Shown here in pieces: positions 50,587-60,805 of a stretch of 64,000 bases of DNA. Location: the NCBI GenBank assembly GCA_030704615.1, contig CM060731.1, positions 71,672,001-71,736,000 on the forward strand. Direction: 5' to 3'. This DNA is from Takakia lepidozioides. Its lineage: Eukaryota > Plantae > Bryophyta. The notes beneath the pieces are model-generated. The model saw only the letters and a program-made list of their open reading frames with translations. It searched no databases and was not told the origin of the DNA. The first letter of the stretch is position 1, and each line of letters begins with the position of its first letter. A program made the position numbers and the translations under genes.

Positions 50587-51198
50587 CTACAAGAAATCGA
50601 TATTCTTTTGTAAGATGAGTTTCATCTTTTCAAATGTTGTATATGTCGGAGAATCTCCAGAGATGTATTCTGGAAAATCTCCAGGGACGTACTGAGGAGA
50701 ATCTGCAGAGACATATTCTGGAAAATCAGCGGGGACATATTCTGGAGAATTTACAAGTACTACATACAGAGGAGAGTGAGGAGTGTATCCTGGAGAGGAC
50801 GGTAGGACGGATCCCGGGTACTGTTCACTATCTCCTACTGAAATGTCATTATCTGAATCAGACTGAAGATTACACTCATCACTTTCATCTTTCTCTTCCT
50901 CTGTTTCCTCTGTTGTCTCCCGTCAAATAACTCCCTCCAACATTGATTCATCAATGCCCAGATTTATGAAGGTTCGCACGTCAGAGCCCACATCTGATAT
51001 TTGATTCTCAGATCTCTTCTCGAAGGTTTTTGTTTTCGATACAACCAGTGATTCGTCTTGGTTTTCTGCTTCGTTGATGCTTACTGGATTCTGTCTCCTT
51101 GGCTTCTTACAGATGTCGACGACGGTCTCAGAACCATCTTTGGTCACCGTGTGCACTCCTACGCCCGTTCTTTTTATACTAACAGAACAAAAAATCAA
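50587..51198 (-). pseudogene. Acidic protein with SPxY repeats (24-bp tandem unit); one internal TGA at 50923-50925
   Basis: The frame continues past the TGA: RETTEETEEEKDESDE...SSPGYTPHSPLY...SPEYVPADFPEYVSADSPQYVPGDFPEYISGDSPTY...DFL*. Confidence 0.6.
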
Positions 51199-51429
51199 CG
51201 CAGGGGAGGAACCTACATAAGTCTATCTCAATACATCCTTATGTTGTGCCTTGGCATAGTAACACACAGGAACCTTCACTGGGCAGGCAAGGTTCATGTG
51301 GTTTGTCCTGTCGGAGTTTATGGAGGTCTACTAGAGGTCTAGTGGTCTATGGAGACTAGTCTACTAGAGTAGCCTAGCCCCAAAGAAAACCCCGTTATCA
51401 AATATCGGAAATTCGGAAAAACAATCGTT

Positions 51430-51910
51430 AAAAACCATGATCCTAACCCGCCAAAAGTTTGTCGTTTGTTTTTGGAATACTGGACCTGAAATGAACGTCG
51501 AGACTATCGCCAAGGCCGTGTTCGGGAAGTACTATTCCTAGGTCAGAACTTACAGCAGTGAGAATTCCGTCATGAATAGATCAACATTCAACGAAAAATG
51601 GTCTAAAGCTCCCAAAAAATCCCATCTACTTTAAACGTCTTTACGACATTTTCACTGAGGAACACCCGACGGCTTACAAATCCAATACTCTCCTCATCGA
51701 CACTGTAGACAATATGTACAAGTCCTACTTGAACCCATTAGGACATACCATCTTCCTTCCAAAATACAAGGCGCGCATGGACCCTGACAGGAATAAATTT
51801 CTACTGGAAGAGCTCAAGGGTTACCTTAACATGTTTCGGTTATCGGGGATGGATGTCATGCCGTTCAACGACCTACATCCTTTCGGCATTTCGAAGGATT
51901 TCTTCGAGGA
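51430..51910 (+). pseudogene. Degenerate FCP1/NIF (HAD) phosphatase-like domain, copy 1
   Basis: FVVCFWNTG...NTLLIDTVDNMYKSYLNPLGHTIFLPKY...LLEELKGYL...HPFG; contains a stop and a frameshift. Confidence 0.6.
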
Positions 51911-52149
51911 CCCCAACGGTCAAATTGAGACTTTGATTATAGGTGACAGAAGTTCCTTAGCAATCTCGAGTTGCGTGCCGCTGCATTGGGACATTTTAAC
52001 TGAGTTTGGTGAACCTCGGCTGTCCAGTGGACGTTCTTGTTCACTTGCCTGGTGTCGGTTTTTCCAATACATTGTATTGTTCCCTTTTATCATCCTAAGT
52101 ATGAATGACTCTCTGGCAGATCGGAGCACTTGTTTCTCCTCCTGCGCAA

Positions 52150-52344
52150 GGGTTGCGTTTGATTATTTTTGACGTGAATGGAGTCTTGTGCAAAATCTTG
52201 AAGCACCAGAAGAGCTACAATGTCCCCCGGTTTTCAGAATCGGACTATAGAATTCCAGCTCTTGTCGGATTCCGACTTGTCTTTAGACGGGAGAAATATC
52301 GCAACGTGATGCTGACAACGTCATCGGTTCCTCGAGTCCCCTAA
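52150..52344 (+). pseudogene. NIF-like N-terminal fragment, copy 2
   Basis: LRLIIFDVNGVLC resembles HAD motif I of plant NIF-like proteins (DxNG). Confidence 0.5.
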
Positions 52345-53597
52345 AGGAACCCTCCGGATCAGCTGTGAGTCGGAGTATTGAAGGCTTTCCGAGGGTTCAC
52401 GATGGTGCTCAAATTGAGGATGGATCCTCTGTCAGACCCTTGTCCTCCCGGGAAGCGGGCGACACTCTTCTCCTCTCGGGTCCTCCTGGGGATAAAGTCC
52501 AAGGTGCAAGTGAAGAACACAAATATCCCGGAGACTTTATCGACCTTTCCCAACATTCCTCACCCTCCCTGTTCAGTACGCAGGGTCTGGTCTATCCAAC
52601 CCGCAGGGCAACCGTCGGGGACTCGGCTACGGCTCCGCTGCACATGCTTCCATCTCTTCCTCGCATATCTCCCCAGCACGAGGGTTGGACAACCCAAATC
52701 CACAAGAGTCAGGTGCCTTAAACTCATTTCTCGCTCTTTGCTCATTCTCCTAGTTTCACTTAGTTTGGGGTCTGATATTCATCTGTCGCTCCAGGTAAGA
52801 AAATCTGCAGATTATGACTTCCTGTCAAACGACGTCTGCATTGGAATGCAGTTCCGAGGTAAATTATTCCTTCGTTGCGTTTCCTTCTATCCAGGATGTC
52901 GAGTGCTCAAGGGATAATTTTCTGTGCTTGTCTGTTGTTGCCCCTCTACTTCTCCCGTCGTTCAATGGCAAAACATCTCCAACATCGACACAGCGTGACC
53001 CTGAACTACTCGCACAATGTTCTGCACCAAAGAGGCGAAAAAAGAGGCCCCGAGCCATTTCCTTCCTCTGCAAGGAATCATTCCAAAGGACAAAAGGCTG
53101 ACAAGAAAAAAAAAAACGGACTCCAAACACTTGAGGACTCCCTCGGATGTTGTGGCGCCTCGTCAATCCAAGCCCGCAAGAATCCACTGTTCTTCTGCCA
53201 GACATTCCAATAAGGCTTCAATCGTACATTTCAAAACAATTTCTCCACTTTCGTTTGCAGTTTGTTTTTCTGTCCCAAACTAACTCCGTAATTTCTATAT
53301 AAGCGAGTATGGAGCCGCATAACTTCTTGAATGCGCCTCCCGACAAGGTGCGTCCACTGACCTCCACTTGACAGCCGACGTTCATCTTTTTGTGATCTCG
53401 AACTCTTCGATATATGGTCTACTCTTGGTCCTTTACAGTAGTCCATTGTCGGGACACTTATGTCTCCGAAAACGTAGAGGTCACTCTGAAACTAAGAAAC
53501 ACTACATCGTGTTGTTTCTAACGGCGGGAACACTTAAATTGCGCGGGATGGTATCGTCCATCAACCTTCATTTGCCACATCGGGGAAGAGGAAACGG

Positions 53598-54161
53598 ATG
53601 CTATTAATATTGAGTGTCAACGGTCTCCTTTGCTACCGGCCATCTCCAACCGGCGGTGAATTGTTCAAGGAGAGATTTCGTTTCAGGAAAGTTACAGTTC
53701 ATGTTCCCGAAAGACCTTTTGTGGTTCCCCGGCCCGGAGTCTTGGAGTTTCTCAACCTTGCGTTCATGCATTTTCACGTGGTGATCTGGTCATGTGCAGA
53801 AAGACATGTTCTTTGTAGGATGCTCGAGTGTTTAGTTCCTACGAAAATTGCGAAGAAGTTTTGCTTCATCTGGTCAGCTGAGGATTGCAAAGACACTACC
53901 GGTTACATCATGCCTTGGATGAGATATCTTGTTAAGGATATTCGCACTATTCTTGTCAGGTACCCTGGTACACCCTTTGCAACTCACGGACAAATACTCC
54001 TTGTTGATGATGAGCCATCAAAGGGCCTCCGAAACCCACCAAATACTGGATTCTTCCCTATTTCATACAAGCCATCACCAAAGGGATTGGTTGACCAGGA
54101 TGATATGACAAAAGCTGTGTGGCCAGCAACCATTTTTTGCAAAAAAAAATTATATATCTGA
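53598..54161 (+). CDS. FCP1/NIF-homology HAD phosphatase-like protein, copy 3 (nucleophile Asp replaced by Ser)
   Basis: LLILSVNGLL...RPGVLEFL...FHVVIWSCA...VKDI...ILLVDDEPSKGLRNPPNTGFFP. Confidence 0.8.
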   Translation: MLLILSVNGLLCYRPSPTGGELFKERFRFRKVTVHVPERPFVVPRPGVLEFLNLAFMHFHVVIWSCAERHVLCRMLECLVPTKIAKKFCFIWSAEDCKDTTGYIMPWMRYLVKDIRTILVRYPGTPFATHGQILLVDDEPSKGLRNPPNTGFFPISYKPSPKGLVDQDDMTKAVWPATIFCKKKLYI

Positions 54162-55345
54162 CCTCACATCATGGTGTAATTTATTGCATCCTCCCATTTT
54201 TTTCGTGAACGTCAACTTGGCAGTGGATGTTCTTCTAAAACCACAATACATACTTATATTGTCTCAAAAAATGTTTTGGAGGATTATATTGTGTATAAAA
54301 TAACCAAAATAATCATATATATCGCTTTATTTCAATAATAAATTATGTTTATTCATATTTCTCATATTATTTCTGGACCAAACAAAAGTCCAGAATTAGT
54401 TAAAATAGTGTTCTGAGGTTAGTGCTTGGGAAAAGAAGGGTTCCTCCATTGAAGAGGCCCTTAGAAGGGCTAACAATGAAGATGCCCTACCTGTACCTAT
54501 ATAGAGATCTTCGACCACTGTTGAAAAGGACTTTGTACCCTCAGTGAGTAATCACCCAATTCTGGGCTGTATGGATGTACCTGATGAAGAAAAAGAAGTT
54601 GTAAAAGACTTTTTTGACCAGGTTGTGCTCTCCCAAGTGGAATAGGACCGGGTTGCTGGTGCTACGCCAGGCAACCAGCAATTTGTCCCTTGGTTACCCC
54701 CTAGGGCGGTCGAGCTTGAGGTGACCAACAATGACCACATGATGTGGCATCCCACGGCTAACATCAATCTGCTGGCCCCTATTTCGATTGACATGTGGGT
54801 CAAATGGGGGAACATTACACCAACTGAAAGGACCAGATGTGCACATGATGCCAAAGACAGCTTCCAGAGGTTCAAAAAAGAGCCAATTGCCACCATTGAT
54901 TAGGTTCAGAAAAGTATTCATGCCACGGCTTCATGACTGTTTAGGGTTCACTGTCACAAATGAAAGTGTGTTTGTCAGAATTTTGCCCACCCCAACAGCT
55001 CAGTCACTCCCACCCATGCAAGGTACCATGTTGTATCAAGTCTAAACCTTGGAAAAATACATGCAATAGCAAAAACCAACTCTAGACCATAGCACAACTG
55101 GCCTGGTACCTCCCATGTGGAGCTTGCCTCCGCCTTCTACCATTTCGCCTCTGCCTTGACACGAGAGCAAGAACTGCAGCGAGACCAAGATTATGCCGCA
55201 CATGAAGACTTGAATGAGACCAGCTCGGAGTCAGAGATGGAAACGACGAAAGAAGCCCCAGCAAAGACAAAGCGTGCAAAGCACCCTGCAAACTCCCCAA
55301 CCCATCAGCAGGTTTGCGATTTGCACCAAAGTTCTGTCTCCATGG

Positions 55346-55525
55346 AATAAGTACATAAATGCGCAGGTCAAACTTGTAACCATTTATCAGCATTGGCTTT
55401 GTCAGGTACTTTTGTGCCAGCAAATTTGAACCAGGATACCCCTCAATGGCCCGTTTTACATCTGCCAAACTTTGTGCCAGAATGACTCCTCTTCCCTGGA
55501 GCCAGCCCCAGTGGTCATCTTGAAT
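55346..55525 (-). pseudogene. Tubulin-tyrosine ligase-like (TTLL) gene fragment
   Basis: GAGS/QGRGVIL...LAQKYLTKPMLINGYKFDLRIYVLI, the TTL-family KFDLRxYVL signature. Confidence 0.8.
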
Positions 55526-56939
55526 ATCTCAAACATTTTCTTTCTCCTTAGGTCTATCATTTTGTATCATGTGTGATCCATTATGTGACCCAATTTTATT
55601 CTCTTGACTGTCACTCTCTACTTGCCTCCTGATGTCACTTTTGTACTTGATGTAACTAAAGTAAAGATCAAGCTCAGAATGAGGAGATGGTCTTGTGTAG
55701 GAGCTGTGATAGTTCCATACTGAAATCAACATGCAACCCAGGAGAAAGGTCATTGCTAGATCTGTGCATTGCCAAAGCATATTACTCTTTTGAGTACATT
55801 TACTCTTAGGCCATCAGGCCACAGAATAAATTTCTTTCATATGGATGCTACGAGCTCTTGAAGTGGTTAACAGCGTGTCTGCATGATGCACTCCCATATC
55901 AGAGCAACTTTGAACAAGTTGTGTTTTTGTTGGTTCTACTTCCTCTCGGCCTCCTTGGGACATAATCAATTGCTTCTTTTTCTTTACATATTTTCTCTCC
56001 CCCTCTCTTCTTGTGGATATAATATCATCTCCTTTTGGTTTAACTTTTTCAAAGACAGTTTATAATGGTCTTAGAATGTACTCATTTAAGATGTTTGCCC
56101 GTAGCTATTTGTCCAAAGAGAGTGACAGAGAGATATAGAGAGAGAGTTGTTTCGCCATTTCTGCCTAGTGTTTTACTGGTAGGGCCACTACAGCCACATG
56201 TGCGACGAGTTCAAACACCAGAGCAGTGCTGAAATCAACCTCATGTTTTCTAGTATACTGCCAATGTTGTCCATAAATCAATTCCTTGTAGTTGGATTGT
56301 CATAACCTGTCCGTGACCCCCTATGGCAGTTTTGGGCCCATCCCAACCTTGGTGGGCTCCCAGAGTTTGCGGAAAGAGATTGGCAGGTGGGACAACTGCA
56401 ATGTTAGGTCAGCCTATGCCCGCTTGCGCTAGAACAACAGGGAAACTGAAAGTGATGAGTCTTTTTTTTTTCACTGCCCTTTCTACTATGAGATCCGTGG
56501 GAGATTCACTTGTCTATTCTGTGATGCCTAATCTGTCACGGAGGTCTTCCATTCAGAAATGCTAGGCAGCTTAATATACAAAGCAGTACTGATTGGCTAA
56601 GGAACAAGGTAGATTCCCTTATGATGTGTATGGAACTCACCTTGTCATCTCAACATGGCTCTTAGACAAACCCTTGAACAATAGTTGCTTTTGGGCTGTT
56701 TGTGGAGGGCCCATCTCACTTTCTTGTTCTTTTCTCTTGCCCCATGAGCTCTTTTAGCTTTCTGCGGACATTATAGCTGAAGTACCACTTCATTTCTACA
56801 CCGACTACAGTGGGTACTAAGTTGGTCTCACGAGTACATCTATCTCTCAGTCTCTATTGCAAAGTCTCTAGAAGCATGCTCCAAAATAGCCAATGTGGTT
56901 GTTCGGGGTGAGTTTGGCATCCCTTAAGCTCCCGACGTC

Positions 56940-57135
56940 TTGGAAACAAGATCCCTGTCAAACAGGCTAAGTCCTAGCAAATAATTGCATCTTCCCGTAT
57001 CCATGGAAGTCAAGGGATCAGCCAAACTGCAAGAGGCTTATGAAAGAATTATTGCATTGGTTAGAGGGTGTATCCAAGGCTGTACACATCCCTGAGTACG
57101 TGTCAGGGCACCCATACAGATATGGGCAGCCCAAC
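56940..57135 (+). pseudogene. NIF-like C-terminal fragment, copy 4
   Basis: NNCIFPYPW...KELLHWLEGVSKAVHIPEYVSGHPYRYGQP resembles the C-terminus of plant NIF-like proteins. Confidence 0.55.
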
Positions 57136-57864
57136 TACTTGTTCAAGAGCGCAGCCATGGGTAGTGGATCACAACAATCTGCAAAGGCATCCGAACCAGG
57201 GCTTCCTGTTGCTAGAGTTCCAACGACTTTGCCTCCCGATGCAACAACAAAGCATAATCAAAGAAAGGTGAGAGCAAAAGTTTCAATGCTTGGGCGCGTG
57301 GGTGGATTTTTATTGTTAATGCTACTTCACATTGTGTGTCATTTGTGCTATTCTAAATTTTTGATCATTGTGTCATTCAATATACAGATGGTGAAACCAG
57401 TGAAGCGTTCAATGGGAAGGGAGAGTACAATATGTGCTATCAATCAGACTACAACCACAGTGGATCTGACTGACCCATAGGGTGACCAACAAAATCCGCA
57501 CAATGTAAGTACTTCCCTTGTGCAATTTTTTTTCCTTGTCTGATGTTGGATCAATACACCCCCTATGTATCGCCACATAGCTGCAGGCCCAGCAACCTAC
57601 AAACGTAGTTTTGTGACATCGTCCTACCACATCCATGCTGACCATGCATAACTTGCTATCAACTAGGTATGGCACCGTTCCAACTTTGATCATGTCAGCT
57701 TAGAGTATAGAGACAAGCAAATGCAATTCAGAATTGGAAGTACTGCAATAGGTAGGGTTGGGGTGTTTGCTGGAAGAACTTCAATGCCATTTTCAAGGAG
57801 TGCCAAGCTGTCAGTCTCTGTTCTCCAGGGTTCGATTGATATGGGAATCTGGTTTTTGTTGCAG

Positions 57865-58119
57865 TTTCAGATCGGTGACAAGGTGTTATTGTTTGATCCT
57901 TGTGCACCAAAAAGAAGGGTAGGTGTGGGATATATTGCTGGCTTTCCGAAAGCAAATGTGTCGGACAATTATTACTATATCCATGTGAAATTGGTCATGA
58001 TTTCAGAGGTTGTGTTGCCGTACCCGGACTACTGATCTGTCACCCCTAATCATACTACATTGGGTGACACGCAGGGAAGTTCCACCTTATGGTTTGAAAA
58101 GTTTCTTAAACACGCGTGA
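57865..58119 (+). pseudogene. CACTA TnpA/Tnp1-En/Spm-like C-terminal domain
   Basis: IGDKVLLFD...VGVGYI...YYIHVKLVMISEVVLPYPDY*...TLGDTQGSSTLW; about 1 kb inside a CACTA end. Confidence 0.6.
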
Positions 58120-59088
58120 TAGTGAAGGTGCTACAAGTTTAGTTTAGTTTTCTTTATAGATTGAGGGTTGCTGAGACAGGTGAACAAAACAGCTCTTCTC
58201 ATGTGAACCGTATTTTTTGAATTGATGCTCTTGCTATTCTCATGTATGATCACAAGATCCTTTTGTTCAAGGGCAAGTTAATTTTCCCACATCAAGCCAA
58301 ATTTTCCTTGTGATAGACATGAATGTGGTATTTTGTTGGTTGTTTGCTATATTTAATATTAATAACATTTCTACTGGTCAATGTGGTTAATAATACAAAT
58401 ATTATCCCCTGTTTTAAATAACCTTTTGTTTAAATGAAACAAAACAAATAAAAATTCTAAAATAATAATATATTAAATATTAAATCCAGCAGCCAATGGC
58501 TTTTGGGGTGCTATCCCATTTATTATAAGAATATCTATACTACAACAACAACAACAATAATAATAATATGACTATTTATTTTAGCATTTGTCAATAAATA
58601 ATAATTGTTTACTTTTCGTCCAATAGGAACATAACAGTGGATGTGACAGTATTCACACTAGTGTCATTGCGTTCACACAATGATTTGAACCTGGTGCTAA
58701 ATCTGTGTGAGAGAAGCCATAAGAAGAGCCCTTAATATCATTATTTATTTAATAATTCTGATGGACTCTATTACGTGGCATTCCCTTTGACATACATGTG
58801 GCAGACATGGTGGCAACGAGGTGTAATAAGTACCGTAGAAAGACCATTAAGATTACTTATTCAAAATACTAGTTGAACTGACTAGTCAAAACGGCCGTCA
58901 AAATATCCGTTAAAAGAGCCACCTAAACCTACTGCCACATCAGGTGCGAGTTTGGTGTGAGATGGTTTTTTTCATAGGACCAAGAAAGTTCACATGTGGT
59001 GCAAAGGACTGGGTTAACCTAACACCAGGGGGGGTGTGAACTCGGGCTCTTTTCACACCAAAATGTGTGAGAAGAGCCGTTAAAAAAA

Positions 59089-59106
59089 CCGGTTTCTCTA
59101 GTAGTG
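59089..59106 (-). mobile_element. CACTA terminal inverted repeat (right end)
   Basis: Reverse complement is CACTACTAGAGAAACCGG, with subterminal CCGT(T/C)AAAA repeats at 58895-59085. Partner TIR not found in the window. Confidence 0.65.
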
Positions 59107-59204
59107 GGGTAGTAAAGATCAATTCCAGGCCATAATCATATCATCCATAGACAGATCATTTGTGTCAGGATGAAAAAGTAGGGAATATCATCTGTGGCAA
59201 CGCC

Positions 59205-59492
59205 TTACCTCCATCTAGGTAATTCTATCATTCCTTACCAGACCATCCGGTGTGGATAACAAGAGTCAATAAAAGAGGAATAAAAAATTATCACCCTGGT
59301 AGTTTTTCATCCGGTACGGATGGAAAAACCGGATGTTGTTGGCAACCTCCATAGAGGTAATTCTTTTCTTCCATGGTGACTCATCCGGTATGGATGAGAG
59401 TCAATAGAGGAGGAATGAAAAGGCCAAAAGAACCATCCTAGAGGTAATTCAGTGTCCATCTTGGTGGCTCATCCGGTATGGATGAAAAAGCC
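59205..59492. repeat. Degenerate tandem repeat containing CATCC-N5-GGAT(G) palindromes
   Basis: Four catccggt(a/g)(t/c)ggat copies near 59244, 59308, 59382 and 59470, plus three aggtaattc blocks. Confidence 0.75.
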
Positions 59493-60128
59493 TACACTGA
59501 TAGCAACTGCCAATTCCCAGTAGAGAGGGAGACAGAGGGAGAGAGGGGGCACCCACCCACCAACCAGCCCCTAGTATGGCAGCCCCTTATGGAGTGAGTG
59601 TGGTATGCACTCACCCCGTAAGGGAGTGCATACCAGACCTCTTCATAAGTTTTCTCCCTCTGTAATATAGTTTCCCATCCTCGGACACATTCGTCACAGG
59701 GGTAGGAAATACCTATATCCCCTTCTCACACTTGCTTAAAACATTGATCAGAGCTGGACCCACAACTGGGTCTGATGGATCAAAAGAAGTGACAAAAGAG
59801 AATGGGACAAACCCCTTCATACAATGGTACTTGCTTGAAATGTACAGGATTAAGCATCCTTGGTCATGTGTAGATAATTAGCTACCATGAACATCAGGTA
59901 TCAGCTTCCATATATCCAGAAGTAAGATCATAAAGATACATGCATATAGATGAGAGGAGTATACCAGGTCACGTGTCCTGCCATGATCCAAAATCCCGTT
60001 TGCGGATCGGGGAGAACCCTTCTGAACTCCTCCGGGTCCTGTATGACTCTTGGCTGTCAATGTTGATGGTGGTAGTGGAATTAGACCCCGATCCACCCGG
60101 TGGAGAGCGGTTGGTCAATCTGGTATTT

Positions 60129-60805
60129 TCAGATGTGTTTGGCAGGAGTTTGCGTCCGGCCAGAGTGTCCACCCCTTTGGTATAGGCCTCTTCCACGTAC
60201 CGGGGTACCTCTTCCCCGAGAAGCATATGTTTTACCCTGTTGGTGAGGCGTCTGCCCCTCCATACGCTGCCTTTTGTAATTCCTGAACTGAGGCTTAGGC
60301 TGGTTGTCCGAAAAAGTACCAGGTTTTAGCATCTTCTCAATGTATTGGGCTGTCTTGGATTCTCCCAGCCTTATCAGTACCTTAGCATTAGGATTAGCTC
60401 CAAATTCGCAGGCTGCCTCCATAATAAATTCCCGGATCATCTGGAAGGTAATCTGTGCCAGTACGGCAGATCTGGCTGCCTTCATTATCCAGACCAGAAA
60501 ATTATAGTACTTGGTTTGAATAGAAGGGTATGTATCATCAGGGAAGAAAACCGTCAGGTTATTCAACATATACCATACCAAGTGATCAAACCAAGAAACA
60601 CTACCAACACAACCAGATGAAGCATTTCCAGACCCACAATTACACCGAATGTAAGGCCTATGCCAATTGAACAGCTGACTTTTGTGATTCTTAGATCTGA
60701 TTGAGCCAGTAGGTAGGTCGTTCTTGGTCCGTAAAGTCAAGTTCTCACCTTGATCACAAAGCTTGTAATAAAAGGTCCGTAGAGGCCATGCCAAGAAGGT
60801 GAATG
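60129..60805 (-). CDS. 3' part of an unassigned ORF with an RG-rich tail, cut by the second LTR element
   Basis: About 225 open codons abutting the LTR edge; no family recognised. Confidence 0.4.

Larger units (their letters stand above)
45345..54231. repeat. Dispersed 24-bp palindrome AACCTCCACTG-NN-CAGTGGAGGTT, 9 copies
   Basis: Starts at 45345, 45736, 46908, 49284, 50400, 51271, 52012, 53359 and 54208. Confidence 0.9.

Noticed and set aside
50634-50930. Plus-strand ENLQxxIL repeat ORF
   Set aside because: More likely the antisense shadow of the minus-strand SPxY frame, which continues an upstream ORF.
45345-54231. CRISPR array interpretation of the palindromes
   Set aside because: Spacing is irregular (0.4-2.4 kb), the context is eukaryotic, and no cas genes are present.
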